A stretch of 45,373 nt of DNA from an uncultured Bacteroidales bacterium (lineage in GTDB: Bacteria; Bacteroidota; Bacteroidia; Bacteroidales; CAZVTW01), in assembly GCA_964629805.1 (NCBI GenBank), contig CAZVTW010000002.1:1-45373 (forward strand), written 5' to 3'. Each line of letters starts with the position of its first letter. Within the stretch, counting starts at the first letter, position 1. Below are positions 8,301-15,843 of this stretch, piece after piece. Made by a program: the position numbers and the translations under genes. The notes under the pieces were generated by a model. The model searched no databases and had not been told where the DNA came from. It saw only the letters and a list, made by a program, of their open reading frames with translations.

Positions 8301-10825
8301 AAATCAGAGCTTGTCCACTTGGTATCTTTCCCTGAATTGAACCAGTCTACATCTGCTTCAAGCAATTTTGAACCTGTCTCAGGTTTTGTATTCCATGTCA
8401 CATCATATTCCTGCCATGATACATCATCCACAGCATAAACCACTGCTAAAAATTCATCTCTTTCAGTACCACTGTTGTGTTGTGCAATGTATATAGCAAG
8501 CTTTGCGGACCCGACAACAGCATCACTCAGTTCACTGATATCAAACTTAAGGAGTACTTCTTTATTGGTATTGTTATCATTATCTTTTCTGATTTTCATG
8601 TCTGCTGCTGATCCGAAATTATCATCCGGTGATTCCTCATCAACAAATGCATCGGCAATGTTAGTGAGAGTATCGTTCTGCACAGGCTGAGCAAACTCCA
8701 GTTCAAGTTTAGGACCCCATGATCCGTTTGCTTTACCTCCAATCCATTTGAGCTGATCGCCGGCTCCATCTTTATATTCAAGTCCGAAAGCAACCTCAGT
8801 TGCTCCCGTTGCAATTTGCTCATTAATGTAATCCGTTAGATTTGAACCAACAGAAGTAAATATTTTTGGAGAGGAGTCCATATCATATATTGCTGTCGCC
8901 AGTTCTCCTGATGAAGATGGTTTATTATTCCAGGTGGTTGTATCTCTGCTGAAATCTGTTCCGGCTTTTGTGAGTTTAACAGTCATGGTTTGATCATCCT
9001 GCATATCAGACCGGGTTGAAAACTGGGCAACAGAGACTTCCTGACCGGTAAGGTTATTTAAAGGAAATTTCATATAAGAAATGACAGTAGAATCCGTTGC
9101 TTCCCCGACAAAAATGTTTTTACTGTCCAGGAGATTTGCTGTTGCATCAGGAACAGCTTCGAAAACTGTCGCATCATTAGATGGGTATACCGAATAACTA
9201 TTTGAGAACGTTAGATTTAACATTGGTCCCCAGGAACCGTTGCCTTTTCCTCCAATCCATTTTAACTGGTCTCCGGCGCCGTCTTTATAGGCTAATCCAA
9301 ATGCCAGTTCGGTCTCTCCGGCAATCAATTTTTCATTTATGTAGTCAACTAATTTATTGTCAACAGGAACAAAAGTTTTTGGAGCAGAATTCATGTCATA
9401 AATAGCAGTTGCTAACTCACCTGAAGATGATGGTTTATTTGCCCAGATTGTTGTATCTCTCTGGAAACCCGGGTCTGCTTTGGTAAGTTTCACAGTCATG
9501 GTTTGGTCGTCCTGCATATCCGAGCGGGTAGAAAAATCGGCCTTCTCTACAACTTTGCCGGCCAATGCACTAATGTCAAATTTCACATACGAAATCACTG
9601 TTGAGTCTGTTGCCTCTCCGACAAAAATATTGTTTGCATCTTTTTCATTGGCTGTTGCATCCGGCATCGCTTCGAAAACAGTAGCATCAGAAGTTGGCAC
9701 CATGTTTAGGCTTGGATTACCTGCTCCAAACTCCATTTCAAGTAGCGGTCCCCAAGTGCCGTTTCCGACTCCGCCGGCCCACTTGAACATATCACCATCA
9801 CCTGATTTGAATTCAATTGCAAAAGCCAGATCATCTTTTCCAAGTAATAATTGTTCGTTTACATAATCACTCAGGGCTGTTCCTAAAGGTGTAAAATATT
9901 TTCTTGCAGAATTTTCATCATATACTGCCGTTGCTAATTCCCCTGAAGAAGACGGTTTGTTGTTCCAGGTTGTTGTATCTCTTGAAAAACCGTTATCTGC
10001 TTTTGTCAGTTTCACTGTCATGGTAGTCCCATCCTGCATATCAGAACGTGTTGAAAAATCAACTTTATTAACAAACTGCCCGGAGATACTGCTGATGTCA
10101 AATTTCACATATGCAATAACCGTAGAATCTGATGCTTTCCCTACGAAAATATTATTAGCATCTTGAACATTAGCTGTTGCATCCGGTATTGCTTCAAAAA
10201 CTGTTGCGTCATCAATACCATAGGAACTATATTTTCCGTTAAAGGTAATATCCAGGTTTGGCCCCCAGGAAGCGCCGTTTGCTTTTCCGCCAATCCATTT
10301 TAATTGATCACCATCACCAGCTTTATACTCAAGGCCAAAAGCAATTTCATCAGCCCCGGCAGCCAGCTTTTCATTAATATAATCTACCAGATTACCATCA
10401 ACCCCGGCAAACTCTTTCCGGGTTGACTCTTCATCATAAACCACTGTTGCCAGTTCTCCTTTTGATGATGGTTTGTTATTCCAGGTCGTTGTATCCCTGG
10501 AAAAACCAGTACCACCTTTTGTGAGTTTCACAGTCATTGTTTTACCATCCTGCATATCTGAACGTGTTGAGAAGACAGCAGATTCCACAACCCTTCCGGT
10601 AAATTTGCTGATATCAAATTTAATGAAAGATATAACGGCTGAATCAGTCGCTTCACCGACAAAAATATTTGCATCGTTCAGAAAATTTGCCGTCTCATCA
10701 GGCATTGTTTCAAATACCGTAGCATCATCTGTTGGTAACAGTTGTAAGGTTTGTGCCATGGTATAATTGCCCGTCATAAATAAAATGAGGGCTGGAAAAA
10801 TAAAATAAAGGTTAAGCTTTTTCAT
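5381..10825 (-). CDS. Giant T9SS-sorted surface protein. Six DNRLRE-like (disaggregatase-related beta-sandwich) modules, three chitobiase/hexosaminidase-C-like modules, a LamG/ConA-like module and a type-A T9SS C-terminal domain. No recognisable catalytic domain.
   Basis: Signal peptide MKKLNLYFIFPALILFMTGNYTMAQ. Modules carry D(A)xVFE..PD..AN ... (I/V)KFDIS ... TxWNNKP. Further motifs: VYYTTDGSIPDD, IRYSTDGSEP, IYYTTDGTDPDE. LamG-like segment: WPDMSGNENVAYN...NGKPVLEFG. C-terminus: LSLYPVPAEDKLYVSL...LEAGCYSVEILVNNKRAVKTLIVR. Confidence 0.85.
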   Translation of the reverse strand: MKKLNLYFIFPALILFMTGNYTMAQTLQLLPTDDATVFETMPDETANFLNDANIFVGEATDSAVISFIKFDISKFTGRVVESAVFSTRSDMQDGKTMTVKLTKGGTGFSRDTTTWNNKPSSKGELATVVYDEESTRKEFAGVDGNLVDYINEKLAAGADEIAFGLEYKAGDGDQLKWIGGKANGASWGPNLDITFNGKYSSYGIDDATVFEAIPDATANVQDANNIFVGKASDSTVIAYVKFDISSISGQFVNKVDFSTRSDMQDGTTMTVKLTKADNGFSRDTTTWNNKPSSSGELATAVYDENSARKYFTPLGTALSDYVNEQLLLGKDDLAFAIEFKSGDGDMFKWAGGVGNGTWGPLLEMEFGAGNPSLNMVPTSDATVFEAMPDATANEKDANNIFVGEATDSTVISYVKFDISALAGKVVEKADFSTRSDMQDDQTMTVKLTKADPGFQRDTTIWANKPSSSGELATAIYDMNSAPKTFVPVDNKLVDYINEKLIAGETELAFGLAYKDGAGDQLKWIGGKGNGSWGPMLNLTFSNSYSVYPSNDATVFEAVPDATANLLDSKNIFVGEATDSTVISYMKFPLNNLTGQEVSVAQFSTRSDMQDDQTMTVKLTKAGTDFSRDTTTWNNKPSSSGELATAIYDMDSSPKIFTSVGSNLTDYINEQIATGATEVAFGLEYKDGAGDQLKWIGGKANGSWGPKLELEFAQPVQNDTLTNIADAFVDEESPDDNFGSAADMKIRKDNDNNTNKEVLLKFDISELSDAVVGSAKLAIYIAQHNSGTERDEFLAVVYAVDDVSWQEYDVTWNTKPETGSKLLEADVDWFNSGKDTKWTSSDFTHYVNDAIKAGKDSIAFTIKGKDNTPGDRLWMAGKDWKNGARLILDYTVEPPIQQMPSIADAYVSEVEGEKDSNFGGEADQHLIKDETNGSKWNYFMYDISDAYGEVVSAELKAYGSIHNSNNLQRFEFLFFGTANCDWQEDAITWNNKINPGNNVLLEGTLVQGGKWYNLGSPEFTEFINEAIENGDTCVTLVAKGKNNQDGKRAWFSGKEWRGSSLLLNYEPQVQTPIVLPAGGSFIKEAEVEVTSLTSNSTVYYTTDGSIPDDNSTEYTGPITLTDTTVLSVIAYAPDLKPSSVVSHVFNVTPVGKPELSPSPVVKYPDSVTVTISVVPEDAVIRYSTDGSEPTTIYQGPIFLDDDAVIKAQAYSADFTFSTEIIEASYDIIPTNLDPGVGPGGVGYKDLTRVGQPEMALWLKPEGLSASEGDEITTWPDMSGNENVAYNTYEEGGDNKIENTGEKEKPAPVFRENALNGKPVLEFGATEGEKGSLIVDDADNLDGSSSISLFIVFKRNEMFGDFAAILQKRDISADKSQEAYTLEMNGGSNPNEMQVVFNKKLFLQNDQIINTEDYYIVNAAVNGNTELASFMTNGLVENSAAFSDVLNNSHAPVIVGGFQAMNIAEVLSFNSPVNHAQTTIINNYLAAKYGLELTDGANTTNLYTDDSYIHDLIGVGKTKDLDNSTIVEHNYSSGGGLEMQGLTLAEEAFVFAGHNGASVSSADNWERKWNIETTGDAADVKFFFDFEAVGLSSPSAAEGYVLKYDDGSGAVNLDAEPGLNDGRIVFTVSGIANGIYSLAKEGAPDVVTTPVFSLAEGTYEDAQSVEITCDTEGATIYYTTDGTDPDESSNEYSGAISVNQTTTIKAKAYAEDMTPSSIATADYTITAIDLPDLSASLSLYPVPAEDKLYVSLNNKVYGKLKIYVRNILGKENLIIRTEKTNSTFLHEIDVSDLEAGCYSVEILVNNKRAVKTLIVR
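8657..10729 (-). repeat. Four tandem in-frame repeats (516, 522, 513, 522 bp: 10214-10729, 9692-10213, 9179-9691, 8657-9178), each encoding one 171-174-aa module
   Basis: Counted from the translation (aa 33-204, 205-378, 379-549, 550-723). Confirmed by antisense shadow ORFs that both start MLFQVVVSLEKP at 9957 and 10473 (offset 516). Confidence 0.9.
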
Positions 10826-10877
10826 AATTATTTTGTTTTAGTTATTAAATAAAATTTTTTCACAAAATCAATATGCC

Positions 10878-10885
10878 CAAATCTA
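10878..10885 (-). promoter_or_regulatory. Candidate -7 box (TAgaTTTG on the minus strand) for the giant gene
   Basis: Plus-strand caaatcta is the reverse complement of TAnnTTTG, 53 nt upstream of the ATG at 10825. Motif match only. Confidence 0.25.
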
Positions 10886-10999
10886 CATGAAATTCAATTT
10901 TTTGATATGGACATATGTCTCATTCCAATAGGGTATATATATTTTTTTTACTTGAATATTTATTCTGTTAATTGTAATCCTAATTGAAGGATTTTCAGT

Positions 11000-12187
11000 T
11001 TATTCTCCATTTTTAATACATCTGACGCTTAGTCCGTAAGCTTTTGGAACATGACCACCATTCATAAATGGTGTATCTTCGGTCAGGTATTTAAAATAGG
11101 CTCTGGCAGATTTATCAGGATGTGCGTTTGAAGTCCAGAATGATGCCTGTCCTGCATTTTCATATACGGTATATCCCCAGTTGCCGGTTAATAATGCATT
11201 AAAACCTGAGCTACTGTTTGTTCCTTTTAATTTTTGACCGGAAAAAAAACCTTCGCCGTAATTTCCTGCTATATTAAGTATGCTGTCCAGTTCCTCCCAT
11301 TCACCTAATGTCGGTATATGCCATCCCTCCGGGCAAATACCCTGGATTTCAGCTTCATCACTTTCTGCACCCTCCGATCCATTTAAAGCGCTCTCCCAGC
11401 TGTAATGTGCTCCTTCTTTATTCAGGCAATATAATTCGCGGCAGTATTTTCCTGTTATTTCTGCATTATAATTATCCGGACGATGGGTTGTTTTAAGATT
11501 TTGAGAGATCCAGCATTGATCCTCAATTTGTACTGTCGGATATTTATTATTGTCAACATCCCTGATACTGTCAGAACCACAGGAGAATTCAGGCTGGTCA
11601 ACTGTAACAATGACACTGTCTCTTACCGGATTGTAAGGATTAGAGTCCCAGACTAACAGTTTATATTCACCGGCATATAGTCCGGAAATATTTTTCGTTT
11701 TTATCGAATCATCAGGATTCCAGTACTGATGTTGCCAGAGAAAAGAATAGGGTGGTATTCCTCCTTCAATGGTTGTCACTTTTATCGAACCGTTTTTTCC
11801 CTCATACCATTGAGCATCTGTTACTTCGTATTGAATATCAAGATCGTATGGCCCGGGCTCTGTTACTGTAAAAGTTTTGGTACTCACGGCTGATTCTCCA
11901 TAAGAGATACTCACTGTATAATCACCAGCGCTGAGACTGTCAATATGGGTTGTGGTTTCTCCGTTTCCCCATAAAACAAAGAAGGGTTCCTGTCCGCCTT
12001 TCAGCGTAATCTTAATCTCACCGTCATTTCCACCGTATGTACTAACATGTACAACAGAATCTTCAATAATGACTGCCGGAACAGGATCATTCAGGTCATT
12101 TTCCTCTTGGTCACAGGCCTGGAATACAATTAATAACATCATTGCAAAAAAAGAAATACCAGCAATGGATTTTATCATCATTTTCAT
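11000..12187 (-). CDS. Lipoprotein with two SprB-type repeats and a C-terminal FISUMP (Fibrobacter succinogenes major paralogous) domain
   Basis: Start chosen at MKMMIKSIAGISFFAMMLLIVFQAC (lipobox); the track N-terminal extension to 12298 has no signal. SprB-like repeats: YGGNDGEIKITLKGGQEPFFVLW and GKNGSIKVTTIEGGIPPYSFLW. FISUMP: DVDNNKYPTVQIEDQCWISQNL ... GICPEGWHIPTLGEWEEL ... FWTS ... GLSVRCIKN. Confidence 0.8.
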   Translation of the reverse strand: MKMMIKSIAGISFFAMMLLIVFQACDQEENDLNDPVPAVIIEDSVVHVSTYGGNDGEIKITLKGGQEPFFVLWGNGETTTHIDSLSAGDYTVSISYGESAVSTKTFTVTEPGPYDLDIQYEVTDAQWYEGKNGSIKVTTIEGGIPPYSFLWQHQYWNPDDSIKTKNISGLYAGEYKLLVWDSNPYNPVRDSVIVTVDQPEFSCGSDSIRDVDNNKYPTVQIEDQCWISQNLKTTHRPDNYNAEITGKYCRELYCLNKEGAHYSWESALNGSEGAESDEAEIQGICPEGWHIPTLGEWEELDSILNIAGNYGEGFFSGQKLKGTNSSSGFNALLTGNWGYTVYENAGQASFWTSNAHPDKSARAYFKYLTEDTPFMNGGHVPKAYGLSVRCIKNGE

Positions 12188-12375
12188 AAACAAATATTTA
12201 GTTTTAAAATCTGAAAATATATCTGAAGCATAAAAGTAAAACGAAATCAATAATCTGTAATGGAAATCTGTTTCTTTCACCTGATAAAATTGTCCCAAAA
12301 CCTGAATGTATTCACTTTTAATCTGTTATTGCCGTCATTATTCTTCTGTTTTTTTTTATCACAAACCAGGAGTTA

Positions 12376-12383
12376 TAATTTTG
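12376..12383 (+). promoter_or_regulatory. Candidate -7 box (TAatTTTG) upstream of the susC-like gene
   Basis: Exact TAnnTTTG match about 200 nt upstream of ATG 12588. Motif match only. Confidence 0.25.
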
Positions 12384-12587
12384 TACAATACACCTTATCT
12401 TTATTACATGAATTTAAGAATATGTTATCTGGGAAAATTGTCAATGATGAATGGGAGATTATTCCATGAGAAATACAAGTTAAATGTTTATTATTGCAAA
12501 TTACGAATCATACAGTTTCAAATTATTTTTATAATTTTATTATTCTGGCGTCATACAAATTTGCTCACAATGTTTAAACTCAAAACT

Positions 12588-15500
12588 ATGAAAAAGATAT
12601 TATTGTTATCTGCTTTTTTCTTTATACTCATCTTCTTTTCAAAAGCGCAGCAAAAAACCGTTGAAGGCACGGTCGTTCAAAAAGAAAATGGTTTTCCGAT
12701 TCCCGGTGTTACAGTTGTTGAACAAGGTACGACCAATGGTACGATTACTGATCTTGACGGACAATACAACATTGAGGTACCTCCTGAGGCGATACTTGTT
12801 TTTTCAAGTGTAGGTATGCAAAAACAGGAAATAAAGGTAGGTGATAAAACCACCATCAATGTCACACTTGAAAAGGAAGAAGTTCAGATCGATGAAATCG
12901 TTGTTGTTGGATACGGGACTAAAAGAAAACGGGATGTTATTGGTTCGGTTGCCAAAGTACAAAGTGCGGAGATGGAAGAAGGAACTGAACTCTCAATAGA
13001 TAACGCACTCCAGGGACGTGCTGCCGGGGTCCAGGTAACATCTTCAAGCGGTGTTCCCGGGGCGCCGGTAGAAGTAAAAGTACGGGGAATCAACTCTATT
13101 TCAATAGATACAGATCCTCTATGGGTCATTGACGGCATGCCTATTTATTCAGGAAAGGGATTTGAGTTTTCGCAGGGAACAACAGGGCAAAATCCTTTGT
13201 CTATGATTAATTCAAAAGACATTGAAACCATCGAAGTACTTAAAGGGGCTGCTGCAACTGCGATTTACGGTTCGCGTGGCGCAAATGGCGTTATTTTGGT
13301 GACAACCAAGGCAGGCAGAGGAGAGGCCGGCAAACTATCGGTTGATTATTCCACCGGTTTGAGTGAATTAACCAAGACGCTCGAAGATATGGGATACACA
13401 AATACACCGGAATATTTTCAACTGGCCGACATTGCTATCCAAAATGCCACAGGAAATCCGGCGGACTTTTTTACACCCGGTAAAGTTTTAAATACCAGAC
13501 CAACATTTTCATCAATGTCACGTGAACAGGCTTTACGAATACAAACCGACTGGATGGATGAGGTGATACGAACAGGTCAGTATCATGACCTGAACGTTTC
13601 AAATACGGCAAGTTACGATAAAGGTTCTGCCTTTATTTCTTTTGGCTACAGACATGATAAAAGCGTCAATGTTAATAATGACCTGCAAAGGTTTACCGGG
13701 CGAATCAATGCAGATATTGAACCTGTTAAAAATTTCACCACAGGTGTAAAAATTAGTTTTTCATATAGTGATAATGACAGGGTAAAATCAGAACAAGCAG
13801 GGGCAATTGGCACAGGAGGCGGCAAAAAAGGCGGATTTTCAACTGCCACCCGCGGCGCTTTGCCCTGGTTTCCGATATATGATGCAAGTGATCAGACCGG
13901 ATATTGGAGTCCGGCCTCTGGTGTAAATCTGACAGCCGGATTGGACAGGAAAAATATTCTTGATAAAGTCAAACAATACCGTAGTATCGGGGGTATTTTT
14001 GCTGATTTTAAGTTGCCTGTGGAAGGATGGTCAGTCAGGGGTGAGGTATCATATGATTATATACAAAACAACAGCGAATTGTGGGTTGCTGCTGCCCTGC
14101 GGGAAGAAGAAAACACCTTTGCTCATGACCGGGCGACCACTTACCAGGGAATTAATTATAATGTATATACCAGTTTTGACAGAACCATTGGAAATCATTA
14201 TTTCAACGCCGTGGTAGGTACTGAATCTCATCTCAAAAGCAGGCATGAAAGAAATATGGAAGGAATGGATTTAATCGGCCAGTACCAGGAACTGGGTAAT
14301 CCGCAAACCCGGCTTGAAATGACTTCAAATTTTAAAGACGAACGCTATCTCAGGGCATATTTTTCTCGTGCAACATACAAATTTAAGGACAGGTACCTGA
14401 TTGGTTTCAGTTTTCGTTCTGACGGCTCTTCCAAATTTGATGAAGATTACAGATGGGCTAACTTTCCCGCTGTAAAGGCTGGCTGGATTATATCAGACGA
14501 ACCTTTTCTTTCTTCGGTAAAAGCCTTCAACATACTGAAAATAAGAGGTTCATACGGCGTAACAGGAAATCAGTCAATACCGGATTCCCGTTTTTATACC
14601 ATTATGAAAAATGATGCAGATAACCGATATTCCTATCAAAATCTCAGCGGAGCGGGAACAAAAATCACAAATATTGGTAATCCTTTCCTGACCTGGGAAA
14701 CAACCCGGGAATTCGAAGCGGGTCTTGACTATGGATTATTAAATAACCGGATAAACGGTTCTATGGCTTATTATTATCAATCAGTATTTGATTTATTGTT
14801 GCAATCGGAAATTCCTCCCTCAACAGGTTTGGAAGGGAGTAATAAATTCTGGGAAAATATTGGTGATATGCACAACTACGGCTTCGAATTTGATATTTCC
14901 AGTGTCAACATCCATAAAAAATCAATTGATTTTCGATGGTCAACATCTTTTAACTTCACCTGGAACGATAATATGGTTGACAACCTCACACCAAGCATTG
15001 ACCGTTCAGGAAAAGGTATGACAAACGGAGACAGGCTCATCAGATCAGGAAACCAGCTAAACACTTGGTATCTGGCTGAATTTGCAGGTATTGATCCGGA
15101 AAAAGGCGTGGAAATGATTTATGAAATAGATTATGACCATTACCTGGAAACAGGTGAAACAGTTAAAACCGGCAGGAAAATTCCTGCAACCCTCTCCAAT
15201 GTAAGTAAACACAAGGTCATCCTTGAAGGAAAAACTGATATTCCGAAATACTATGGCGGATTAACCAACACATTCAGTTATAAAGGATTTGATTTGAGCT
15301 TTCAGATAAACTACAGCGGCGGTAATTATGTTTATGATTATAATTTGCAGCGTACTTCATTTGTGCATAATGGTCAAAACCTGATAAAAAATGAATTACT
15401 TACAGAAGCCTGGTCTGAGGATAACAGAGAAAGTGCCAAATACCCGAGGATTGTGTGGAACAGTTTCGATAATTATGGCTGGGACCCGGATGCCAACGAC

Positions 15501-15806
15501 GGAGAAGGAGCCTGGACTGAAGGACCCGGCGCAGGGAACTATACACCGGAACAACGTAAATATTCTAAATTTCTGTTCAAAGCTGATTATGTTCGCTTAA
15601 AAAATTTACGTCTGGGATACACTGTTCCGCAAAAATATTCACAGAGAATCAAAGTAAAAAAATTCAGAGTCTATGTTTCGGCAACCAACTTGCTCACATT
15701 GACCGATTACCCGGGATATGATCCTGAAACCAGTAACCACGAAATTGTCTCTGTTCCTCTACCACACTTAAAAATATATTCTCTCGGGATCAGGTTGATA
15801 TTATAA
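12588..15806 (+). CDS. SusC/RagA-family TonB-dependent outer-membrane glycan transporter
   Basis: MKKILLLSAFFFILIFFSKAQQ signal, carboxypeptidase-regulatory-like domain (TVEGTVVQKENGFPIPGVTVVEQGTTNGTITDLDGQYNIEV), TonB box DEIVVVGYG, plug (IEVLKGAAATAIYGSRGANGVILVTTK), long beta-barrel. Immediately followed by susD. ATG 12570 is an alternative start; the track start at 12306 is rejected. Confidence 0.95.
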   Translation: MKKILLLSAFFFILIFFSKAQQKTVEGTVVQKENGFPIPGVTVVEQGTTNGTITDLDGQYNIEVPPEAILVFSSVGMQKQEIKVGDKTTINVTLEKEEVQIDEIVVVGYGTKRKRDVIGSVAKVQSAEMEEGTELSIDNALQGRAAGVQVTSSSGVPGAPVEVKVRGINSISIDTDPLWVIDGMPIYSGKGFEFSQGTTGQNPLSMINSKDIETIEVLKGAAATAIYGSRGANGVILVTTKAGRGEAGKLSVDYSTGLSELTKTLEDMGYTNTPEYFQLADIAIQNATGNPADFFTPGKVLNTRPTFSSMSREQALRIQTDWMDEVIRTGQYHDLNVSNTASYDKGSAFISFGYRHDKSVNVNNDLQRFTGRINADIEPVKNFTTGVKISFSYSDNDRVKSEQAGAIGTGGGKKGGFSTATRGALPWFPIYDASDQTGYWSPASGVNLTAGLDRKNILDKVKQYRSIGGIFADFKLPVEGWSVRGEVSYDYIQNNSELWVAAALREEENTFAHDRATTYQGINYNVYTSFDRTIGNHYFNAVVGTESHLKSRHERNMEGMDLIGQYQELGNPQTRLEMTSNFKDERYLRAYFSRATYKFKDRYLIGFSFRSDGSSKFDEDYRWANFPAVKAGWIISDEPFLSSVKAFNILKIRGSYGVTGNQSIPDSRFYTIMKNDADNRYSYQNLSGAGTKITNIGNPFLTWETTREFEAGLDYGLLNNRINGSMAYYYQSVFDLLLQSEIPPSTGLEGSNKFWENIGDMHNYGFEFDISSVNIHKKSIDFRWSTSFNFTWNDNMVDNLTPSIDRSGKGMTNGDRLIRSGNQLNTWYLAEFAGIDPEKGVEMIYEIDYDHYLETGETVKTGRKIPATLSNVSKHKVILEGKTDIPKYYGGLTNTFSYKGFDLSFQINYSGGNYVYDYNLQRTSFVHNGQNLIKNELLTEAWSEDNRESAKYPRIVWNSFDNYGWDPDANDGEGAWTEGPGAGNYTPEQRKYSKFLFKADYVRLKNLRLGYTVPQKYSQRIKVKKFRVYVSATNLLTLTDYPGYDPETSNHEIVSVPLPHLKIYSLGIRLIL

Positions 15807-15843
15807 ATAAATTGATTTTGAATAACCATAAAAAAATACAATA

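Noticed and set aside
9480-10766. Plus-strand ORFs 9480..9866, 9957..10166 and 10473..10766 with repeated peptides (MLFQVVVSLEKP..., SFTVMV..SCISERVEK)
   Set aside because: They are antisense shadows of the tandem repeats in the 1814-aa gene. Their similarity to one another simply mirrors the sense-strand repeat period (516/522 bp).
12188-12298. N-terminal extension of the FISUMP lipoprotein ORF
   Set aside because: The 37 extra residues (MGQFYQVKETDFHYRLLISFYFYAS...) precede a perfect lipoprotein signal starting at M38, so the internal ATG at 12187 is the more plausible start.
12306-12587. In-frame N-terminal extension of the susC-like ORF (track start 12306), 94 stop-free codons in AT-rich DNA
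   Set aside because: The translation (MYSLLICYCRHYSSVFFYHKPGV...) is low-complexity Y/I/L/C-rich and has no signal peptide. A canonical signal peptide begins at ATG 12588 (or 12570). The long open frame is statistically a little surprising, but it is best explained by T-rich bias. It would only be worth revisiting if proteomics shows upstream peptides.
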